From a virus: a stretch of DNA of 39,707 bases. The translations under genes were made by a program, and so were the position numbers. Where the stretch lies: IMG/VR virus record IMGVR_UViG_3300045988_170308. One strand, given 5' to 3'. Position 1 is the stretch's first letter; each line of letters opens with the position of its first letter. Shown here piece after piece: positions 27,377-34,643 of this stretch. The notes beneath the pieces were generated by a model, which did no database searches, was not told where the DNA came from, and was given only the letters and a program-made list of their open reading frames with translations.

Positions 27377-27670
27377 AATCTGTATTTTACCATAAGCGTT
27401 ACGATATACCTAGTCCTAGCTTGGCATATTTACCCTTTCCGGCTACTAATGACCGAGGGGATAGGTAGCCAAGGAAATAGTGACCCACACCATAGCGCAA
27501 AGCCGCAGGTCACAGCCCCAGCGCACACCGTCAACCAGCACCCAAAACCAAGAAACCTATCCTGACCAGCAAAAACCCTGAAACCCGTACACAGCCGGGG
27601 GCCGTATGTGTGCCGTACCAGGGACCGGGCAGGGGCGGGGTACCCCCCACCCCACGTGGCATAGGTCACC
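27377..27670. promoter_or_regulatory. Non-coding region between HNH and the prim-pol/terS genes: candidate cos / late promoter region
   Basis: 294 bp with no credible ORF. It holds the G/C-rich palindrome GGGGTACCCC (~27640-27660) and imperfect inverted repeats around GTACACAGCCGG / CCGTATGTGTGCCGTAC. TAAAAT at 27384-27389 lies 7 nt upstream of the ATG at 27376 on the minus strand, and there is no SD. Confidence 0.3.
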
Positions 27671-27985
27671 TTATTTCAGGCCGGGGTGGCGGGTAGCAAA
27701 CCTGTCATACAGCCGGCGGCGCGCCACACGCCTACTGATCCCCCGCGCTGCTTCGCGCCGGGACTTTTCCGCATGGCAACTAGCGCATAGCCACTGGAGG
27801 TTATCGAGCCCATCGGTGCCGCCCTCAGCGACCGGGATGATGTGGTCCAACTCTAGGCCGCCTCGTCCTGTCACCGGTTCGGCACCACAATAGGCACACC
27901 AATAAGGAAGGTGGCGCCCCGCTAATCGGTGTAGGCGTTTCCACTCAGCCGCAGACGTGCGCGACGACCCGTTACGCCACACCAT
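27671..27985 (-). CDS. HNH endonuclease
   Basis: CAYCG...ELDHIIPVAEGGTDGLDNLQWLCASCHAEK. Free-standing HNH close to the terminase genes. The start was trimmed to the ATG at 27985, which has AAGGCGG upstream. Confidence 0.85.
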   Translation of the reverse strand: MVWRNGSSRTSAAEWKRLHRLAGRHLPYWCAYCGAEPVTGRGGLELDHIIPVAEGGTDGLDNLQWLCASCHAEKSRREAARGISRRVARRRLYDRFATRHPGLK

Positions 27986-28223
27986 CAGCACCGCCTTGCG
28001 ACGGGCGGACAATAGCAGCAATCGCCCATGACAACGCCTGCTCTAGATGCGTGATGGCTAGCTCACGCTCACGACAGTCCGGTGCGATCGCCGCCACCCG
28101 GTGCGCCGCCGCCTGCATGCTTGCCCTTACTTTGATGCAGTCTTCGCACTGATCGGCAGTGCCTTCGTGATACCGGAAGCGACGGTCAATCTCCTGCTGG
28201 ATACTCTTTGCTTCTGATCCCAT
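27972..28223 (-). CDS. Small helical protein, paralog of ORF 33028..33243 (possible Acb2-like nucleotide sponge)
   Basis: 83 aa from the ATG at 28223, which has GGGGAGGAGGGG upstream. EIDRRFRYHEG...RERELAITHLEQALSWAIAAIVR aligns without gaps to the 33028..33243 product. Confidence 0.55.
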   Translation of the reverse strand: MGSEAKSIQQEIDRRFRYHEGTADQCEDCIKVRASMQAAAHRVAAIAPDCRERELAITHLEQALSWAIAAIVRPSQGGADGVA

Positions 28224-28293
28224 GATCCCCTCCTCCCCAACCCTATGCATGACTAAACCCCTAGGCGTTTACCCAGGGGTTCCGAACGCCAGT

Positions 28294-28923
28294 TTACACC
28301 ACTGCGTGTCCCACACCAAAGGATAACGCACCACGCATCGCCCCGGCACGCGCCAGCACATCATCCAGCCGCACCAACATGCTGCCATCATCGTCGTCCT
28401 TTGCCGTGGCCACTTTCCCCGCCTGCGCCCACCGATAGACAGTCGTGCGCGACACCGGGGCCCCAGACTGCTTAGCCCACGACGCAGCCGCTTGGCACGT
28501 CGCCCACTCCGGTGGGGTTGGTTCCTCTCCCCCGCTGTCGGGCTCCACCACAGACGCCACCATACGCGCCTGGGCGATAACCTCCTCAGCCATCATCTCA
28601 CCCCACGGCGCACCATCTACCACATCCAGATACCGCTGCAACCACGCAGCAGTAGCCGTAATCCCCTCAGGCACCGGGCCAACAACACCATCACCGCCAC
28701 ACGCCAACACCTCCGACGCCCAGAACCCCAACAGGCATTCTGTCTGAACCAACAGATCCAACACCGTGAGATTCACCGGAGGCTTTGAACAACACACCGC
28801 GCGCCCCAGGGTATCAGTGGTACTGCTAACGCGGTGAAAGGTAAGGAGTTCCTCCAACCCGGCACCATTACGTTCCAGTGAGTACAAGCCCTTCCCTAAC
28901 TCATGAAGCAGATAATCATCCAT
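28294..28923 (-). CDS. Hypothetical protein with C-terminal MerR/excisionase-type HTH
   Basis: About 209 aa. It is the first gene after the 540-bp control region. The HTH-like segment is GAPVSRTTVYRWAQAGKVATAK. GGAAGG lies 7 nt upstream of the ATG at 28923. Confidence 0.5.
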   Translation of the reverse strand: MDDYLLHELGKGLYSLERNGAGLEELLTFHRVSSTTDTLGRAVCCSKPPVNLTVLDLLVQTECLLGFWASEVLACGGDGVVGPVPEGITATAAWLQRYLDVVDGAPWGEMMAEEVIAQARMVASVVEPDSGGEEPTPPEWATCQAAASWAKQSGAPVSRTTVYRWAQAGKVATAKDDDDGSMLVRLDDVLARAGAMRGALSFGVGHAVV

Positions 28924-29025
28924 CTTCAATCCTTCCTCTCTGTAAGTAGGTATCCCTCAATAGGGTTGTAGTCTACTCACCGCCCCTGCCACCTCACGGC
29001 TCTACCCGACCCGCCCCGACCCGAC

Positions 29026-29083
29026 GATCCTAGATCCGTCACCCCATCATCCTAGTTTCGATCTAGGTCCGATCTAGATCCGT
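29026..29083. promoter_or_regulatory. Cluster of GATC-containing repeats and palindromes (candidate late-operon control or ori-like site)
   Basis: GATCCTAGATCCGT (29026-29039), GATCTAGGTCC (29060-29070) and GATCTAGATCCGT (29071-29083), the last containing the perfect palindrome GATCTAGATC. Five GATC sites fall in about 58 bp, preceded by CCCGAC repeats. Confidence 0.4.
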
Positions 29084-29112
29084 ACTAGGTTTTACCGTTT
29101 CGTTATAAAACA

Positions 29113-29143
29113 GGGCAAAAGAAAACCCGGGCACAAGCCCGGG
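29113..29143 (-). terminator. Rho-independent terminator ending the early operon (minus strand)
   Basis: 7-bp GC stem CCCGGGC / GCCCGGG with a 4-nt loop. On the minus strand it is followed by TTTTCTTTT. Confidence 0.7.
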
Positions 29144-29468
29144 ACCCCTTCTAAGTGCGCATATGCGCCATAATTGGCAAAATTCGTTCAAGCTTCCTAT
29201 CCTAAAAGCAGCTCGTCCACCATGCGTGGAAGGAGCATCCGAGGCCGTTTGCTTGCAAGCGGCCTCCGCTTTATCTTTATCGCAGCCAACAAGAAGGCAT
29301 CCAACAACAACCACGGCACACTTCCAACCATGGCCACCACATGGCTAGACGCCAACCCACCTGACCGCACGCACGCCAACTACCCGCCCCAGCCCTGCTG
29401 AAGCGGGTAACGATGCGCGGTGCTACGCTATATCACCTACCTTCGTCTACCCAGTGAGCTACTTATCC

Positions 29469-30506
29469 CTACTTCCGCTTCCCACGCCCACGCTTGTGCT
29501 TACGGTGCCGACGCTGGGCACGGCGATGCGCCCGCGCTGGCTTCACCCGCTTGGCATGCTCACAATCAGACCCACTGATAGAGCCCCCCAACGACACCGA
29601 AGCGCATTCCATTAAGGATTCTGAAAGCTCCTCCCCCATCGCCCAGTCCGGCGCGGTTTCTACCGGATCGCTAAACCCACCTGAGGCGGAAACATTATTG
29701 GAGTGCACAGGCGCTGCACCACTCAACCGGGGTGGCGTATCATGGGCATCAGCCTTGGCTTCGTCTACCGTTGCTTTAGGCTGTGGTGCGGCACGCCAAG
29801 CCCGAGTGGATTGTTTGTGCTGTTTCTCACGTTCTTCCTTAGCCACTACGTGAATATTGTGGTCCTTTGCATACTGCGAATTGTTGATGAACTCGATGCT
29901 GTATTTGTTGTAGTGCACTTCCTCCGGCGTGGGCGGGTCCTGCAGCTCCAGGACCTCACCAGCACCGCGCCGACTGTTACACGACCAGCAGGCAACAACC
30001 AAAGTTTCTACCGTTGAGTCCCGATGCCCATTAAGCGAATCATATGTGCCCCGCCGGCGACTACGGCGGTCTCGCCAATCAACGGTCTTACCGCACCACC
30101 GACATTGGTCTCCATCCCTTAGCCGCACTTGCATGAGCAAATCCGGGTTGCGCTTATCCCTCGACCGACGACGGTCAAGCTCCACCTCCTCCCGGGACCG
30201 CATGTGAAAGAGGCCAGGGTCATCCACAAGCCGTAACATCCATGTCCCATCAGGCTGCTGCTCCTCAAAAAGCAAACCCGACCTACTCAACAGATCAATC
30301 ATGATATCTTCCCGACCCGGCGCTACCTGGGCCAGTGCGCCATATTCAACGTAGTAGTCCATCAGATGCTCCGCCGAAATCGACGCCAAATCCAGCAGCA
30401 CCCCTGATGCTTCATTCTTCAGTTGGTGATTCCCCTCGCAGATCCCAAGTAATCGCATCATTAGCGGATGCGTCGTGAATGTATCGCTCACTTTAAGCCA
30501 AGCCAT
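29469..30506 (-). CDS. Zn-finger / HNH-like DNA-binding protein with a basic tail (possible replication or regulatory protein)
   Basis: ORF 29469..30611 trimmed to the ATG at 30506, which has AGGAG 5 nt upstream. It contains CRWCG...ACWSCNSRRG and the C-terminus KRVKPARAHRRAQRRHRKHKRGRGKRK. Confidence 0.45.
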   Translation of the reverse strand: MAWLKVSDTFTTHPLMMRLLGICEGNHQLKNEASGVLLDLASISAEHLMDYYVEYGALAQVAPGREDIMIDLLSRSGLLFEEQQPDGTWMLRLVDDPGLFHMRSREEVELDRRRSRDKRNPDLLMQVRLRDGDQCRWCGKTVDWRDRRSRRRGTYDSLNGHRDSTVETLVVACWSCNSRRGAGEVLELQDPPTPEEVHYNKYSIEFINNSQYAKDHNIHVVAKEEREKQHKQSTRAWRAAPQPKATVDEAKADAHDTPPRLSGAAPVHSNNVSASGGFSDPVETAPDWAMGEELSESLMECASVSLGGSISGSDCEHAKRVKPARAHRRAQRRHRKHKRGRGKRK

Positions 30507-30530
30507 GACTTTCTCCTGCATTTTGTAAAT

Positions 30531-30573
30531 CTCAAAAATATAAACGCGCGCAATACAAACCATCACGCGCGTT
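30531..30573 (-). terminator. Terminator-like hairpin between the whiB-like gene and the next gene (minus strand)
   Basis: 8-bp stem AACGCGCG / CGCGCGTT. On the minus strand it is followed by TATATTTTTGAG. Confidence 0.5.
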
Positions 30574-30588
30574 CCTGTCGTGCCGCGC

Positions 30589-31122
30589 CTAGGCGGCGGG
30601 TTTACGCGCACTCACCCGACGGCGCCGAGTGCGACGCACGGGTTGCGCTTTCCTAGCGGCACGAGCCGCCCTGGAATGGCCCTGATAGCAGCGGTTACAT
30701 AACCCTTCTCCCATGTGGCGCTGTTTATATTGGTACGGTGTATGACAGCACCTCTTCCGCGCATGGGCCGCCACCAGGGCCTGCGGGTCCATAGGCCCAC
30801 CACACCACCTGCAGCACAGCTGATAGGGATCACTGCTGGTTAGCGGTTGGGGGCGATCCGAATAGCGGCCAGCGACTACACCGGCAACCCGCACCCCACG
30901 CCACTCACAGTCTGATAGCATCCGTTCGCAAGCCTCAAGCAGCGGGCACTGCGCACACAGCATTTTGGCCTGCTGGTGGCGCTTCCGCATCCGCGCCACC
31001 GGCTCACCCGCAGCAGCCGGATCCCAAAGGCTCGGCGCGGACGGGGTCGCCTGCATATCGCGCTGCTGGCAGATACCCAGCTCGGCATCACCGCCACACG
31101 GCAGCATCCCACCGGTGGTCAT
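30589..31122 (-). CDS. WhiB-like Fe-S transcription factor with a C-terminal Cys-rich extension
   Basis: 177 aa. WhiB-type cysteines (LPCGGD...AKMLCAQCPLLEAC) followed by the G-V/A turn VAGVVAGRY. There is an extra CCRWCG...CCH...CNRC segment and a basic tail. Confidence 0.7.
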   Translation of the reverse strand: MTTGGMLPCGGDAELGICQQRDMQATPSAPSLWDPAAAGEPVARMRKRHQQAKMLCAQCPLLEACERMLSDCEWRGVRVAGVVAGRYSDRPQPLTSSDPYQLCCRWCGGPMDPQALVAAHARKRCCHTPYQYKQRHMGEGLCNRCYQGHSRAARAARKAQPVRRTRRRRVSARKPAA

Positions 31123-31964
31123 ACCGCACCACCAGTCGGATTCGTACGCAACCGCCGAACCTTCGCCTTCTGAGGCTTCGCCCCATCAATCACCGTGTCG
31201 TACTCAAACCCATCACCATCACGCACCACGTCCGCCGATCCCATATCAGCTTCCGCCCCAACGTTAGACCCCTCCGGGGCCGCGCCGGGGAGTCCCGGGA
31301 GGGGCTCTTGAACACCACGGTCAGCAGGCACAAAGGAATACGACTCGAACATGTCCTTCAATGCGACATACACCCTGGCACGGTGGCGTTGGGTTGCGAG
31401 CGGCACCGGGGTGATATCTGTATCAAACTGGTGCGCTGCAGCACCCAGCGCGGCCGCCTGGGCGGCAGTGAACATAGTTGGCCCCATATCCCCAGCGGGG
31501 CCTTTTGCGCGCGCTTTTGCCTCAGCACGCACCCGGTCGAACAGCTGCGCCGTGTCCGTGGTGAACGCCGAATCAGCCCGCGCCGCGGTCACCTCTGTTA
31601 GGTCACCGCAGGTGCCGGAAAGATCCTGCAACTGCACTTCCTCATCACGGATGAAGATAGCAGCCCTTGCGTCGTCTTCTTCCTTATCCGGCTTCAATTT
31701 CAGAAACAGCTTGGCGCTAGCTGCGGTGATCTCTACCACCCGGTGGGCTTCTTCTACCGCATCGAAGTAGGCACTCACATAGGCCTGCACCACATGCTGA
31801 GGGTTCGCAGCAACCACCAGCAGGCTCCCGGCATAGGTGATAAGACGCACCACATCATAGATTTCTGGTTTGCGCTCCGTCACCCCGACCACCGCCCGGA
31901 TAGCACGCTGCAACTCCCGAACATCAACCACAATTTTCGACCGTGCCGGCATCTTCTCAGGCAT
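31119..31964 (-). CDS. Hypothetical early protein
   Basis: About 281 aa from the ATG at 31964, which overlaps the upstream stop. It is colinear in the early operon. No family was recognised. Confidence 0.5.
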   Translation of the reverse strand: MPEKMPARSKIVVDVRELQRAIRAVVGVTERKPEIYDVVRLITYAGSLLVVAANPQHVVQAYVSAYFDAVEEAHRVVEITAASAKLFLKLKPDKEEDDARAAIFIRDEEVQLQDLSGTCGDLTEVTAARADSAFTTDTAQLFDRVRAEAKARAKGPAGDMGPTMFTAAQAAALGAAAHQFDTDITPVPLATQRHRARVYVALKDMFESYSFVPADRGVQEPLPGLPGAAPEGSNVGAEADMGSADVVRDGDGFEYDTVIDGAKPQKAKVRRLRTNPTGGAV

Positions 31965-32454
31965 GATCGCTCCCCGATCCAGCATCGGCGCCAGCAGCCA
32001 CATCAGCACCGCCAGACCCATCGACGATCTCCCGCAACTTCGCGGTCACCGCACCCATACGGGTAATCAGCTCGGTCAATGCTGGTGCCGAAGTGGCGGC
32101 AGCACCAGACCCTGCCACCAAATCCGCCACTTCCAGAACTTTCTCCCGGGCAGCCTCCGCAAGCTCGCTCAACTCATCCCAATCACTAGAATGCATCGCA
32201 TCGGACAGCTGCTTCTCCAGCTGGCGGTTTTCGATACGCAAGGATTCCCGATCACGTTTTACTCGATCCAGCTCAGCGTGAAGCTTATTGATCCGGTCCG
32301 TGGCATCCACCGCCTTATGCAGCGCATCCAACGATGCCGAACGGTCCATCAGCTTTTTGATTAATTCCTGCTGCCACACCATAGTGCGCTCCATACCGCT
32401 CCAGGCACCATTGAGGCTTTGCAGCAACTCCTGATCTAATCTCGGCGCAGCCAT
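31957..32454 (-). CDS. Hypothetical coiled-coil protein
   Basis: 165 aa with a heptad-like helical sequence (INKLHAELDRVKRDRESLRIENRQLEKQL). Confidence 0.5.
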   Translation of the reverse strand: MAAPRLDQELLQSLNGAWSGMERTMVWQQELIKKLMDRSASLDALHKAVDATDRINKLHAELDRVKRDRESLRIENRQLEKQLSDAMHSSDWDELSELAEAAREKVLEVADLVAGSGAAATSAPALTELITRMGAVTAKLREIVDGSGGADVAAGADAGSGSDHA

Positions 32455-32768
32455 ACCGCCACCCCCTCCTTTCGAACCAAAGCAGCCTCCCGGATAGCAT
32501 CAAGGAAAGGCTGATCCAAGGCCTGAATCTCCGGCGTAAGCTCCTCAAAAGGCACCAGCGCAGGGTGGTCCGGCCTGGCAGCAGACGCCCAAGCCGCCCA
32601 CGCATCATGCACATCCTCCAGCTGCGTATCGACGCCCTTCGCACGCATCAGCAGCGCATACGTGTAGAAAAGTGGCAACTGCTCCTTGGTGATTTCGTCG
32701 TCGATTTCCTCAGGCAGACAAGACGCAATCAGTGCCGCATCCGCCTCAAGATAGTTAAGATTCGTCAT
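32436..32768 (-). CDS. Hypothetical protein with RyR-domain-like motif
   Basis: 110 aa. VHDAWAAW...HPALVPFEELTPEIQALDQPFLDAIR resembles, from memory, the bacterial/phage RyR-domain consensus. Confidence 0.35.
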   Translation of the reverse strand: MTNLNYLEADAALIASCLPEEIDDEITKEQLPLFYTYALLMRAKGVDTQLEDVHDAWAAWASAARPDHPALVPFEELTPEIQALDQPFLDAIREAALVRKEGVAVWLRRD

Positions 32769-33031
32769 TATGCAGCCTCCAACGCCAACCGGCGGGGCGG
32801 CCGAGTAGCGGTCCGCACTAACGCCATATATCGTTCCTGCTGGGCAGCAGCAAGTTTCATGTGAGCGTACGCCACCGCATCACCCCAGCTACGGAACGAG
32901 GCGACGAGCTCACCACCCCACAAAACTTCCCACAAATCCGGGTACGACTGGCCAGTGAGAGCACCGAAAAGGCCGATTCGCTCCACACCCGGCCGCAGCC
33001 GGATCCGCAGCTTCAATTGCAAACTGCTCAT
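32768..33031 (-). CDS. Hypothetical protein
   Basis: About 87 aa from the ATG at 33031 (ATGA overlap with the upstream stop at 33028). Confidence 0.45.
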   Translation of the reverse strand: MSSLQLKLRIRLRPGVERIGLFGALTGQSYPDLWEVLWGGELVASFRSWGDAVAYAHMKLAAAQQERYMALVRTATRPPRRLALEAA

Positions 33032-33243
33032 GATCGCTGACCCTCCCGCGCAATAGCCGCGTTGGCCCACATCATGGTCTCCTCCAGACGCAGCAGTGCT
33101 TGTTTCTTCTCCCAGCCATCAGCCAGCAGAGCATTCAGCTCAATAGCTACAGCCTTGATCTTCTTGCCCATCTGAACCCGCCGCTTGCGGGTCTCAGCAT
33201 CCAAAGTGCGATAATCAAACCGCTTATCAATCTCAGTCATCAT
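33028..33243 (-). CDS. Small helical protein (possible Acb2-like nucleotide sponge), paralog of 27972..28223
   Basis: 71 aa: MMTEIDKRFDYRT...KKQALLRLEETMMWANAAIAREG. It shares the N-terminal (E)ID+RF+Y motif and the C-terminal LE..(M/S)WA.AAI.R motif with the other copy. Confidence 0.55.
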   Translation of the reverse strand: MMTEIDKRFDYRTLDAETRKRRVQMGKKIKAVAIELNALLADGWEKKQALLRLEETMMWANAAIAREGQRS

Positions 33244-33281
33244 TTCCTTCTTTCATTTCAATTGCGCCACAGCGATGGTTG

Positions 33282-33470
33282 TTAGTCGCCGCCGCGGAGC
33301 ACGTGCTTGCCGATCACGGTGATCGCGCCGTCCTCGTCGATGTAGCCCATGTTCAGCATCGCCCGACGCCCAGCAGCGGTCATTTTCTTCCCTGCAGCGT
33401 GACGGCGTAGCGACTTATACGCCAAGTGGGCCTCGTAGGTGTTAGACTGGCCGATACGTTTCCAGGACAT
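33282..33470 (-). CDS. Hypothetical small basic protein
   Basis: 62 aa, colinear in the early operon. Confidence 0.4.
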   Translation of the reverse strand: MSWKRIGQSNTYEAHLAYKSLRRHAAGKKMTAAGRRAMLNMGYIDEDGAITVIGKHVLRGGD

Positions 33471-33573
33471 TTTCTTTTCCTTTCTCTGTCTTGGGAATGT
33501 GTTTTATGCAGTCCCCCGCCTTCCCCAGCGGGGGACCAAAGTTATCAATAGGGGTTGGGGGTGGAGCCGACGG

Positions 33574-34245
33574 CTACGTGAACAAGCGAGTCAGCGTGGC
33601 GAACTTTTCAGCCGGAATCGCTTCAAAGAAGATGTCACCGTCGAAGATGCACGCATCCCAACCCTCACGGACGACACGGAAACCATCAACATGCATGGTG
33701 ATAAGCCCGGTATCCTCCAGGACAAAGAGGTTACGCATCTCCTCGAACCGCTCCTCCGGCACCCGGAACAGCTCACGCTCACCGCGGGTGAAGACCACCC
33801 CATCATCGACACGCTCAGCAACGGTCCAATCAAAAAGCTTTCCCAGGTACACGTGCGTGGCATCATCCTGCGGTAACGGCTTCGGAGCGGGATACGAATC
33901 GCCCTGGGCAGCCTCCCCTGCGGCAGCACCATCATCATCGCTATCACCCTCGTCATCCCAATGCTTCAGGAGATCATCCACATCAATGTCAATCGGGTCA
34001 TCCACGTCTGAAACAGCAGTAGCATCAGCAATCGACTCATCAGTCAACGCATCCAAAACGCCATCATCCAGCAACTGCGCACCCCGCAGTCGAACCTGAA
34101 CACCATCACCCGTGGTCACCAGGTCGATCGTGCAATCCTGATCGGCGTCCGCGTGAACGTGCAGGTGAATCTGCACCAGCGAACCGTCACACCCCAAAGG
34201 CACACTCACCACACCAGCCCCCAAATCTGCACTACTCATCATCAC
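33574..34245 (-). CDS. Highly acidic early protein (function unknown; DNA-mimic/anti-restriction is one possibility)
   Basis: 223 aa. Central run DVDDPIDIDVDDLLKHWDDEGDSDDDG. It is the first protein gene after the tRNA-like element in the early operon. Confidence 0.55.
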   Translation of the reverse strand: MMMSSADLGAGVVSVPLGCDGSLVQIHLHVHADADQDCTIDLVTTGDGVQVRLRGAQLLDDGVLDALTDESIADATAVSDVDDPIDIDVDDLLKHWDDEGDSDDDGAAAGEAAQGDSYPAPKPLPQDDATHVYLGKLFDWTVAERVDDGVVFTRGERELFRVPEERFEEMRNLFVLEDTGLITMHVDGFRVVREGWDACIFDGDIFFEAIPAEKFATLTRLFT

Positions 34246-34290
34246 TTATTCCTTTCTCTTGAAGGTTTACGCACCACACCTCGTGGTACT

Positions 34291-34362
34291 TGGTGCCCAC
34301 GGCTGGATTCGAACCAGCAGCATCCATATGAAGCCCGGACTGGATGCGGCCATTTCATGGGC
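34291..34362 (-). tRNA. tRNA-like element with canonical acceptor stem, T-arm and encoded CCA but aberrant D and anticodon arms
   Basis: The minus strand reads GCCCATG AA ATGGCCGCATCCAG TCCGG GCTTCAT ATGGA TGCT GCTGG TTCGAAT CCAGC CGTGGGC A CCA. It has a 7-bp acceptor stem with one G-U pair and a perfect T-arm. The D-arm has only about 3 bp and lacks GG. The anticodon arm is either imperfect (UUC with C33) or an alternative 6-bp stem, CATCCA/TGGATG. Confidence 0.4.
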
Positions 34363-34411
34363 CTGGTGCCGGATAACCCGCCGGCAACGGGGCCAGGACT
34401 CTACCTGGGGC

Positions 34412-34588
34412 CTAGATGCGATAGGTGTTGCGTTCCACCAGCTCCTCCACCTCCGCACGGATATACAGAATCTTCTGCCGAGAAAGGCGGATCCGAGACA
34501 GTCGCCCCTCCCTGGCATAGCGCTGCAACATGCGGGTTGAAATCCGCAGATACTCCGCCGCTTCCCGAGTTGACATATAACGCGACAT
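34412..34588 (-). CDS. Excisionase-family (MerR-like) HTH DNA-binding protein
   Basis: 58 aa: MSRYMSTREAAEYLRISTRMLQRYAREGRLSRIRLSRQKILYIRAEVEELV. Only the C-terminal part of track ORF 34412..34891 is credible. Confidence 0.6.
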   Translation of the reverse strand: MSRYMSTREAAEYLRISTRMLQRYAREGRLSRIRLSRQKILYIRAEVEELVERNTYRI

Positions 34589-34643
34589 CACAAAACCCCG
34601 TTTCGCTTTACGACGATTCGCCCCACCTGCTTCAATAGGTTGC

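Noticed and set aside
29063-29401. Four mutually overlapping 60-83 aa ORFs on both strands in the 540-bp control region
   Set aside because: None has an RBS, they overlap each other in incompatible ways, and they cross hairpins and palindromes. The region is treated as non-coding.
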